Assembly: GCA_030432675.1 (NCBI GenBank)
Contig: JAUIMA010000001.1
Location: forward strand, 1 to 53,100
DNA from: Candidatus Hydrogenedentota bacterium
Lineage (GTDB): Bacteria > Hydrogenedentota > Hydrogenedentia > Hydrogenedentales > JAEUWI01
DNA length: 53,100 bases
Direction of reading: 5' to 3'
Position 1 is the stretch's first letter. Each line of letters starts with the position of its first letter. Shown here one piece after another: positions 19,129 through 26,690 of this stretch. Under the pieces are notes generated by a model, which was not told the origin of the DNA, made no database searches, and saw nothing but the letters and a program-made list of their open reading frames with translations. The translations under genes were made by a program, and so were the position numbers.

Positions 19129-19200
19129 GATAGCCGCCCCGCTATGGTTGTGTTGTGGTGTACTCCCAGGATGATGCTAGAAACATGGGGCGGGTTTCCA

Positions 19201-19467
19201 GTTTTTTGTGGGACGCGTGGGACTTGTGGGACCGGTGAGACAGCCGAATAGTGAATGATAAATAGAGAATGAAGAATTGATTGTCTCGTCGTGCGGCAGA
19301 GTCTTGCCGGAGTGAATTTAGAACCCCAGAAACTTTACTGGATTCCCGCATGCGCGGGAATGACAAATCGCCACCTCGAACGAGGTCGTGGGCCCGGTGA
19401 GCCTGCGTGGTCTACCTGACGTCGTCAGGCCGTCCCACAGGTCTCACCGGTCCCACTCGTCCCACAT
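19201..19467. repeat. Composite repeat unit 2: (gtgggac) array, 5x 7-mer array, dRS3-like palindrome, inverted (gtcccac) array
   Basis: 9-mers 19208-19241, 7-mers 19246-19280, ATTCCC-N8-GGGAAT 19342-19361, reverse 9-mers 19432-19467. Confidence 0.85.
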
Positions 19468-19496
19468 AACTTCAAAAAAGACCCTCGGCCTTCAGC

Positions 19497-20675
19497 CTAT
19501 TTCCATTTAATCTTCGCCACATACACGGAATTATCCGAGCCGTATTTTTCGATGCCCACGGGCTGCATCCATTCGGCGACGCTGACCCAGGTTTCGTTTT
19601 CGCTCACTTTGGTGACGGCGAAGTTACCGAGGCGGGCGCCGCGTTCGGGGACGAGGATGCGCTCGGTGCTGCGGATGACTTGCAGCGTGTCGGGGTTGAC
19701 CTGGGCCATGAAGAGGGGTGCGCGGTGACGGAAGACGTGGTCGTTGTTGGCACCACGGCGGGTGTAGACCAGGAAGAGGCCGTCGGGGTGGGTGACCCAG
19801 TGTTGCTGGGTGTTGTAGGAGCCCAGCTCTTCGCCGTCGTCGAAGGTCCAGGGCTTGGCTTCGTCAAAGTGGAGTCCGTCGCTGCCGCTGGTGACGTAGC
19901 CCTTCACATCGTTGCGGAGGGTAAGGAAAAATCGGCCCTTGTATTCGGCGAGAGAGGGCTCGGGAAAACCGCGCTCCACGGGCACGGTGTGCATGCTGCC
20001 GTGCTCCACGTAGGAGAGGGTGTCGCCGTCGAAGCGGGCGCGCACCACGGTGGCGCTGTATTGTTTGGTGTCTTTCCCCTTGAAATAAATGGGCAGCAGG
20101 ATGTCGCCATTGGGCAGGTCGACGCGCTGGGTGCAACCGGCGCCATTGTTGAAGAAGTAGGGCTCGTCGGGCATCTCCATGTTCTTCCACGTGGACCAGG
20201 TGCGGGCTTCGGGATTGTAGACCGAATAGGCGGTCGTCCGTGCGCGGTTGGTGTGGATGAGCTTATTGTCCTTGTTATACATGGCGGTGTGGCCCGTGCC
20301 CAGGAGCTTGCCGGTGGCGGCGTGCCACTTGGGGGTGAAGTCACAGATGACCGCTGTGCCCCCGTCGCCATAGGGGATGCGCCCGAGGTTTTCGTGCTCG
20401 GTGGGACCGCTCCAGGTCTTGCCACCGTCGTCGGTCCGCATTTCGTTGAGGGCGTAGAAAATATCCGAGCCACTCAGGAGGAGCTTCTGCATGGTGAGCA
20501 CTACCGTGGGCGTTTCCCCCGGGATGGTCCCCGCACGAGGATGGACCCAGCAGGTCTCTTTGTCGAAGCCCGAACTGATGGTCTGCAGCTCAACATCGTA
20601 GTCGACCGGCTCGACGGCCATGGTGGGGAGTAGGCCTAAAATCAAGGCGAGTATCATTGCATGTTTCATTGTCAT
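19497..20675 (-). CDS. Secreted sialidase-like / BNR (Asp-box) beta-propeller protein
   Basis: Signal peptide; Asp-box-like RTDDGGKTW and SGSDGLHF; beta-rich. Confidence 0.8.
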   Translation of the reverse strand: MTMKHAMILALILGLLPTMAVEPVDYDVELQTISSGFDKETCWVHPRAGTIPGETPTVVLTMQKLLLSGSDIFYALNEMRTDDGGKTWSGPTEHENLGRIPYGDGGTAVICDFTPKWHAATGKLLGTGHTAMYNKDNKLIHTNRARTTAYSVYNPEARTWSTWKNMEMPDEPYFFNNGAGCTQRVDLPNGDILLPIYFKGKDTKQYSATVVRARFDGDTLSYVEHGSMHTVPVERGFPEPSLAEYKGRFFLTLRNDVKGYVTSGSDGLHFDEAKPWTFDDGEELGSYNTQQHWVTHPDGLFLVYTRRGANNDHVFRHRAPLFMAQVNPDTLQVIRSTERILVPERGARLGNFAVTKVSENETWVSVAEWMQPVGIEKYGSDNSVYVAKIKWK

Positions 20676-20695
20676 TTTCCCTTCAAACGCTGGTC

Positions 20696-20810
20696 GAATA
20701 GTGAATTTAGAATTTATAATAGTGAATTGTCTTGCAACCGTCGTGTCGAGGCTGACGAATAGTCTCCAAAATAGCCCCGCTTAAAATTCACTGTTCTAAA
20801 TTCCAAATTC
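20696..20810. repeat. Inverted pair of 7-mer tandem arrays directly downstream of the four-helix-bundle gene
   Basis: gaatagt gaattta gaattta taatagt gaattgt (20696-20730) versus aaaattc actgttc taaattc caaattc (20783-20810). Confidence 0.85.
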
Positions 20811-21173
20811 TTAACCCGCACTCCGCGTGTTCTTTACGATAGCAATCAGGATGCTAACGATTTCATTCGCTTCTGAGGATAGTTCTGCCAACTGCTGCGT
20901 CGAGCAGATTTCTGCGGCTATCAAGAGCCGTAGCCAGTATAAGGTTTCTCGTGCCTCCTTCAATGCGATAGACATTTTCGAAAGAAAGTCCGCGCGACTC
21001 TGCCCGCCTTGGGCTTCCTCCACATTCGCTCCGATAGACGTGCCTGCACGCAGCAATTGATTCGAGAGCGTACGTGCAACGCCCGGATTTTGGTCCAAGT
21101 GCTGCGCCAACTTCACAATCCGCACCGAAAAGTTAAAGGTACGCTCGGTTATGTGTTGTCGCTCCGTCTCCAA
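20811..21173 (-). CDS. Four-helix-bundle protein (TIGR02436 / 23S rRNA IVP-like family)
   Basis: ERTFNFSVRIV...QLLRAGTSIGANVEEA...SRADF..K..IALKEARET.YWL; TTG 21173 after AAGGGGG is preferred because the GTG at 21197 lies inside the repeat array. Confidence 0.92.
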   Translation of the reverse strand: METERQHITERTFNFSVRIVKLAQHLDQNPGVARTLSNQLLRAGTSIGANVEEAQGGQSRADFLSKMSIALKEARETLYWLRLLIAAEICSTQQLAELSSEANEIVSILIAIVKNTRSAG

Positions 21174-21188
21174 AACAGGCCCCCTTTC

Positions 21189-21294
21189 AAAATTCACTAT
21201 TCTAAATTCTCAATTTATTATGCCGGCGGGCCGCCGGCGCTCCATAGAATTCCCAATTCTAAATTCACAATTCACTATTCAAAATTCATTATTC
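21189..21294. repeat. 7-mer tandem arrays (4 units and 7 units) split by a GC palindrome gccggcgggccgccggc
   Basis: Arrays at 21189-21216 and 21246-21294; palindrome at 21222-21238. Confidence 0.85.
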
Positions 21295-21302
21295 TAACTT
21301 CT

Positions 21303-23426
21303 TCAGTTCTCAATTCGAAACGCGACGTACGCATCGCCTTCGTCGGTGCCCATCTTGCCGCCGGCGGCAGCGGTCACCACATACTGCACGCCGTCGACCA
21401 TATAGGTGGCGGGTGTGGCGTAGCCCCCGGCGGGGAGTTTGGTTTCCCACAGGAGCTTGCCGGATTTTTTGTCATAGGCGTGGAACATCTCGTCTTTGGT
21501 GGCGCCGATGAAAATTACGCCGCCCTTCGTCACGAGGGGACCACCATAGTTTTCGGTGCCCGTTTGTTCGTGGCCTTCTTCACGGAGGCGGGGCGTATCG
21601 CCGAGCACGGACTTCCACACGATTTCGCCGGTGTTCATATCGATGGCATTGAGGGTGCCCCAGGGCGGCTTGATGGCGGGGTAACCCAGGTGATCGACGA
21701 AGCGGTTCCAGCCCGTGTGGCGGAAGATGGGCTTTTTATCGGCCTCCGGTTTTTCGTCGTCCGCTTTTTCATCACGGGGCGCGTCGGCGGCGTAAATATA
21801 GTCGAGGATATTCTTCATCCCCTTCTCCCCCAGGTTTTTGAAGGAAGGCATGAAGCCCTTGCCCGCGAGCATGAGGGCTTCGGCGTCTTCCCGCTTGAGG
21901 CGCTCGCTGATGCCCTTGAGGGGCGGATACATGCTGAAGGGATTCCCCTCGCGCTCGACGCCATGGCAGAAGAGACACTGCTTCGCATAGATCATGGCCC
22001 CTTCACGGAGGGCCGGGTCACTGCCGAGCTGATTAATATCCACCATGGTGAGAATCCACGGCATCTCGCTGGCGTTGATGTAGAGCAGGCCCGTCTCGGG
22101 GTCCACGGCCGCACCACCCCATTCGCCTCCGCCATCGTAACCGGGAAAGACGAGGGTGCCTTCGCGGCTTGGTGGGCCGAAGCGCTCGCGACGGATGACT
22201 TCCCAGCGCTTCATCACCATCTCGCGGGACTCGGGGGTAATGTCGGTGATGTCGTTAAAGTCGAAGGTACTCCGCGAAAAGGCTTCGGGCTTGGTGGGTA
22301 CCGGTTGGGTCTTAGCGGCCAGCTCGCCCTCCAGGTCGGAGGCGGGCGCGGGCACTTCTTCAATGGGGAAAAGGGGTTCGCCGGTTTCACGGTCGAAGAG
22401 GAAGACGAGGGCCGACTTGGTGATCTGTGCCACCGCATCGATCGTTTTTCCATCGTGCTCCACCGTGAGGAGGTTGGGCGGGGCCGGGAGATCGCGGTCC
22501 CACAGGTCGTGGTGCACGGTCTGGAAATGCCACTTCCGCTCGCCCGTCCCCGCGTCCAGCGCCAGCAGGGTGTTGGCGAAGAGATTGTCGCCATGGCGAT
22601 CGCCGCCATAAAAATCAAAGGCCGCCGCGCCCGTGGGCACATAGACCATGCCCCGCTCGGCATCGAGGCTCATACCCGCCCACGAGTTGGCCCCACCGGT
22701 GAACTCATGGGCACCCGCTGGCCAGGTGTCATAACCGAATTCGCCCGGCTGGGGGATGGTGTGAAAGGTCCACGCGATTGCGCCGGTGTGCACGTTGTAG
22801 GCGCGGATATGGCCCGGTGCGGCGGGATGGGATTCCATGGTGCGCAGGCCGATGATGTAGAGGTCTTTATAGACCACGCCGGGGGACGAGGACTCGGCAT
22901 AGATTTTTTCCGGGTCACGGCCGAGTCCTTCCGACAGCCGCACCTTTCCGCCGTCACCAAAGCCCTCCACCGGTTTCCCCGTGTCGGGGTCCAGGGCGTA
23001 AAGAAAGGGGCCGCCGCCATAGAGCAGACGGCGCTGGGTGCCATCGGCCCACCAGCCAAAGCCGCGGCAGACCGACTTCTTCGGCTCATCGGCCGTAAAG
23101 GTCCATTTTTCCTCGCCCGTGGCGGCGTTGAGGGCGAAGACCTTCATGAAGGGGGACACGCCGTAAAGCACCCCGTCGATAACGAGGGGGTTACATTGAA
23201 TCTGACCCACCTTCTTCTCGTCGGCCCCTTCACTCGAATAGCGCCACGCGACGGAGAGCTTCGAAACGTTTTCCGTGTTGATTTGATCCAAGGTCGAATA
23301 TTGACCGCTGTCCGCCCCACCGAGATAGGCGCTCCAGTTGCTGTCCTGTGCGGTGGCCTGCGCGCCCGCAAGGAGCGCCGTGAGGCCCAGGGCCAGTGAA
23401 AGACAGCGCGGTTTTCCCAAAATCAT
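21303..23426 (-). CDS. Secreted PQQ-dependent (glucose/quinate-type) dehydrogenase with internal cytochrome c domain
   Basis: YSTLDQIN.ENV..L..AW, FQTVHHDLWDRD, GGGEWGG, PPWGTLNAID, ATPATY; CLFCH heme-binding motif. Confidence 0.9.
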   Translation of the reverse strand: MILGKPRCLSLALGLTALLAGAQATAQDSNWSAYLGGADSGQYSTLDQINTENVSKLSVAWRYSSEGADEKKVGQIQCNPLVIDGVLYGVSPFMKVFALNAATGEEKWTFTADEPKKSVCRGFGWWADGTQRRLLYGGGPFLYALDPDTGKPVEGFGDGGKVRLSEGLGRDPEKIYAESSSPGVVYKDLYIIGLRTMESHPAAPGHIRAYNVHTGAIAWTFHTIPQPGEFGYDTWPAGAHEFTGGANSWAGMSLDAERGMVYVPTGAAAFDFYGGDRHGDNLFANTLLALDAGTGERKWHFQTVHHDLWDRDLPAPPNLLTVEHDGKTIDAVAQITKSALVFLFDRETGEPLFPIEEVPAPASDLEGELAAKTQPVPTKPEAFSRSTFDFNDITDITPESREMVMKRWEVIRRERFGPPSREGTLVFPGYDGGGEWGGAAVDPETGLLYINASEMPWILTMVDINQLGSDPALREGAMIYAKQCLFCHGVEREGNPFSMYPPLKGISERLKREDAEALMLAGKGFMPSFKNLGEKGMKNILDYIYAADAPRDEKADDEKPEADKKPIFRHTGWNRFVDHLGYPAIKPPWGTLNAIDMNTGEIVWKSVLGDTPRLREEGHEQTGTENYGGPLVTKGGVIFIGATKDEMFHAYDKKSGKLLWETKLPAGGYATPATYMVDGVQYVVTAAAGGKMGTDEGDAYVAFRIEN

Positions 23427-23468
23427 ATCATGTCCCTTTCTGTTTACGCAGTCACTTGCTCGGCGCGA

Positions 23469-23561
23469 TGGGCCGTATGGGGCCTATGGGTCGTATGACG
23501 TTCTCAAAGGACACCACTTGCCCCGCAGGTATCATACGACCCATTGGCCCCATACGTCCCA
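23469..23561. repeat. 30-bp inverted repeats of 9-mer units enclosing a 33-bp spacer
   Basis: 23469-23498 versus the reverse complement of 23532-23561: 28/30 identical. Confidence 0.88.
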
Positions 23562-23571
23562 CAAACTTTCC

Positions 23572-24723
23572 TCACTCGGCCGCCAGCGTACCTATCAGCC
23601 ACCCATACACCGAGTCGCCAATTTGAAGATAGCCCGTGCCCGCCGGGTGCACACTGTTATTTTGCCGCGTCACTTCCACATCATTCCGGCTGTTCGCCGG
23701 GCCCGTGCTGGTGGGATAGTTCCGCACACAGTCCAGGTTAATATAGGCCGGGATGAGACTGATATGTTCGCCGTCACGGCCGCCATAGCTCTCGGCCATA
23801 CGCTCCACGACCCGATGCTGATTGCGGCGATACTGCCAACGGGTCTGATTGTTCCTGTAGTTCGCCCCAAAGGCATCCTGACTCACCGTGGGGGGTACGG
23901 GCGCAAGGAGCCCGATTTTCGTGTCCGGGTTCACGCCGTGTATCTGGGCGATGAGGGCGTCCAAGTGGCCAAACATCGCGTCGATAACGCCTTCAATGTT
24001 GTCGTCTTTGGCGCTGAAGGTATCGTTGCAGCCCAGGAACAGGGTCACCACATCGGGCGCCACGCCACCGTTCACCTCCGCACAATAGCGACCATAGTCG
24101 AGCCCGACTTCACCGGCTTCATTCTTGTAGACAAAGGGGCTGGGACGTTCCTTGTAGGGCGCATCGCGGGGGGCCTCGGTGTAGTGGGTGGCGAAACGGG
24201 CCGCCGTCCAGCCGCCATAGCCCTCGTGGCGATTCCGCTTGTCTTCCTTCGGCGCATGACTGCCCACCAGGGTCAGGTTCGGCGTATCGTCGGTAGCGCA
24301 GAAATCCACCAGCGCCTGGGTGTAGATGGAGGCATGGGTGAGGCTGTCGCCAATGACCAGGGCCGATACGGCGCGGTCTTTCAGGGTCGCCGGGTCCGTC
24401 ACCACCACGGTGCTGCTACCCTCGGCGATGACCGCGTTGCTCTGATTGAAAACCCGCAGTTTCAGTGCGTAGTGGCCCACCTCCTCCACCTTGGGCGTAT
24501 AGGTCCAGCGCTCGGCCTGTTGAATGCCCACGCCGCAGTCCACATCAAAGGCATAGTTATTGGCATTGAGGACCAACACCACGTTGTCGAAGTAGAGATT
24601 GGCCTCCACCCCCGGCGTGGCGTAAATCGTGGTCGGCATAGACAACCGCACGGGTGCCGATTCGGCCCCGGCCACCCCCGCGATTGAGAGAAAAGACAAG
24701 AGCAAAACACGTACAAGCAACAT
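23572..24723 (-). CDS. Secreted SGNH/GDSL hydrolase
   Basis: GGAGG RBS, signal peptide, IGDSLT, HEGYGGW, LGCND, NSVHP. Confidence 0.85.
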   Translation of the reverse strand: MLLVRVLLLSFLSIAGVAGAESAPVRLSMPTTIYATPGVEANLYFDNVVLVLNANNYAFDVDCGVGIQQAERWTYTPKVEEVGHYALKLRVFNQSNAVIAEGSSTVVVTDPATLKDRAVSALVIGDSLTHASIYTQALVDFCATDDTPNLTLVGSHAPKEDKRNRHEGYGGWTAARFATHYTEAPRDAPYKERPSPFVYKNEAGEVGLDYGRYCAEVNGGVAPDVVTLFLGCNDTFSAKDDNIEGVIDAMFGHLDALIAQIHGVNPDTKIGLLAPVPPTVSQDAFGANYRNNQTRWQYRRNQHRVVERMAESYGGRDGEHISLIPAYINLDCVRNYPTSTGPANSRNDVEVTRQNNSVHPAGTGYLQIGDSVYGWLIGTLAAE

Positions 24724-24814
24724 GGGATACCTCCGGGATACTACGCCACACGATGGGAAGCTACCCATGCTAGCGTGTGCCCCCGCAGATTGCAATGCTG
24801 TCGGGAGTCAGGCG

Positions 24815-24960
24815 GTGGGTTAGGCGTCCCCGCCGGACTAAAGACCCACGGAGGCCATCCCGGGCACGGGCTGTGGGGAAGGAGACGTAGTCGTTATACG
24901 ACATCCCGCCATCCAGTGGGTTCCACAACATGCCATGACAAGCGGGACGCTTATCCCACT
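24815..24960. repeat. Inverted pair of REP-like elements
   Basis: gtgggttaggcgtccccgccggac (24815-24838) versus gacaagcgggacgcttatcccact (24937-24960). Confidence 0.6.
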
Positions 24961-25005
24961 AAAAAGCCGGGGCCACCTCCCCCAAAAAGGAAGACAGCCC
25001 CGGCT
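24961..25005 (-). terminator. Terminator of the aldehyde dehydrogenase gene
   Basis: agccggggc...gccccggct stem with an A-run (U-tract on minus strand), 14 bp past the stop. Confidence 0.65.
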
Positions 25006-25018
25006 CCAAAGGTATTAC

Positions 25019-26416
25019 TTACCCGGGAATCTCCGTCCGCAGGTGCATGCTCTTCAAGCGCGTAAAGCCCAGCAGGCCATAGGTCGACAGGGTTGCGCCA
25101 CGGCCCGTGTCTTTCACGCCGCACCAGGGCAAGGCGGGGTCGAGGCAGTCGCAACGGTTCATGAAGAAGGTGCCCGTCTCAATCTGCTCGCCAATGCGAA
25201 TGGCCCGCTCGGTGTCGCTGGTCCAGATGGAGGCCGTCAGGCCATAGGGACTGTCGTTCATGTATTGAATGGCCTCTTCATCGCTGGAGACTTTGCAGAT
25301 GCCAATGACGGGCCCAAAGCTCTCTTCCTGCATGAGGGAACACTCCTGGGGCGCATCGGCCACCACGGCGGGTGCCAGGAAATAGCCCTTCGACGGCGTC
25401 GTGAATTCATCGGGCGAAACCACCAGGCGCGCACCGGCGGCCACGGCATCCTGCACCTGCTGCTTCAGGAAGGGAATGGCGCCCTTGGAGGCCAGGGGCC
25501 CGAGGCTTGTCTTTTCATCCGTGGGGTCACCCACTACGTATTCGCGGGCTTTGGCGGCATAGGCTTCCACGAACTTGTCGTAGATGGGCGCTTCCACGTA
25601 AATGCGCTCCACGGCACAGCAGGACTGACCCGCGTTGTAAAAGGCGCCGTCCACACAGTTGGCGACGGCCCAGTCGAAATCGGCATCGGCGCACACATAG
25701 GCCGGGTCTTTACCGCCGAGCTCCAGGCCCACTTCCACAAAGCGGTCGGCGGCACTGCGGTTGACCTGACGTCCACCAGACACAGACCCCGTAAAGGAAA
25801 CGTGGTCTACGCCGTTGTGTTTAATCAATAACTCGGTCACGCTGTGGTCTGCCGCGATGGCCTGCACGAGTCCCTCGGGCGCACCGGCGGCACGGAAGGC
25901 ATCTTCAAAGGCCGTGGCACAGAGGGGCGTCTTGCTGGAGTGCTTGACGATGACCGCGTTGCCCGCAAGCACAGCCGGTACCACGACATTCACGGCAATC
26001 ATAAGGGGGTAGTTCCACGCGGCAATATCGAGCACGACACCCAAGGGCTCGTGACGAATGTATCGGGTAAAGCCTTCCTTTTCCGGGAGCACATCATCGG
26101 CCAGGGTTTCGTCGGCAATGGCAATCATGTGATTGCCCCGCTCTAAGACCCCGCCGATCTCGCCTTTCGCCTGGCCCAGGGGCTTGCCCATCTGCGCCGT
26201 AACCGCAGCGGCTACCTCGTCGCCGTTGGCCTCAAACCAGGCCAGGGCCCGTTCGCACAGGGCCTTCCGTTCGCCCAGGGGCGAGGTGCGCCAGCCCACA
26301 TAGGCTTCGCGGGCACGGGAGACAACCCTATCGACCCCTTCGGCGGCGAGGCCTTCGACGGTGTAGACCACTTCTTCGGTGGCGGGACTGATAACTTCAA
26401 TGACAGTACTGGCCAT
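25019..26416 (-). CDS. NAD(P)-dependent aldehyde dehydrogenase
   Basis: AWNYP, FTGSVSGG, LELGGKDP, catalytic NAGQSCC, EESFGP. Confidence 0.95.
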   Translation of the reverse strand: MASTVIEVISPATEEVVYTVEGLAAEGVDRVVSRAREAYVGWRTSPLGERKALCERALAWFEANGDEVAAAVTAQMGKPLGQAKGEIGGVLERGNHMIAIADETLADDVLPEKEGFTRYIRHEPLGVVLDIAAWNYPLMIAVNVVVPAVLAGNAVIVKHSSKTPLCATAFEDAFRAAGAPEGLVQAIAADHSVTELLIKHNGVDHVSFTGSVSGGRQVNRSAADRFVEVGLELGGKDPAYVCADADFDWAVANCVDGAFYNAGQSCCAVERIYVEAPIYDKFVEAYAAKAREYVVGDPTDEKTSLGPLASKGAIPFLKQQVQDAVAAGARLVVSPDEFTTPSKGYFLAPAVVADAPQECSLMQEESFGPVIGICKVSSDEEAIQYMNDSPYGLTASIWTSDTERAIRIGEQIETGTFFMNRCDCLDPALPWCGVKDTGRGATLSTYGLLGFTRLKSMHLRTEIPG

Positions 26417-26690
26417 GATAAACCTCGTTTGCTTGGCAGGCGATCACCGGGGAAATTCGACGAAACAAAAAGGATGGAGCCGTGATCGCGGGCCACATCG
26501 CTATCCGCTCTGGGTGGAGGGAAGTGCGCAGAACGCGCGGGGTGCGGCACCCAGAAACCGTGGGCTAAGTATACGGCAGCGTCCAATTTCCGCGCAACAT
26601 GGCCCGTTTGCAAAGCTACTGGTGAAGCGTTACCATGGTGAAAGGGAATGCTGTTTTCACCGTGTACAATATCTGGAGAGAGGTATTATC

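Noticed and set aside
18550..21197. Four-helix-bundle genes as Avd of a diversity-generating retroelement
   Set aside because: No reverse transcriptase in the window and no TR/VR pair with adenine-specific mismatches was seen
18395..21294. Short repeat arrays as a CRISPR array
   Set aside because: Units are contiguous 7- and 9-mers without unique spacers, and no cas genes are present
26379..26690. Extra N-terminal 104 codons of the PilT-like ORF
   Set aside because: Overlaps the divergent ALDH start and promoter region; a better RBS precedes GTG 26691
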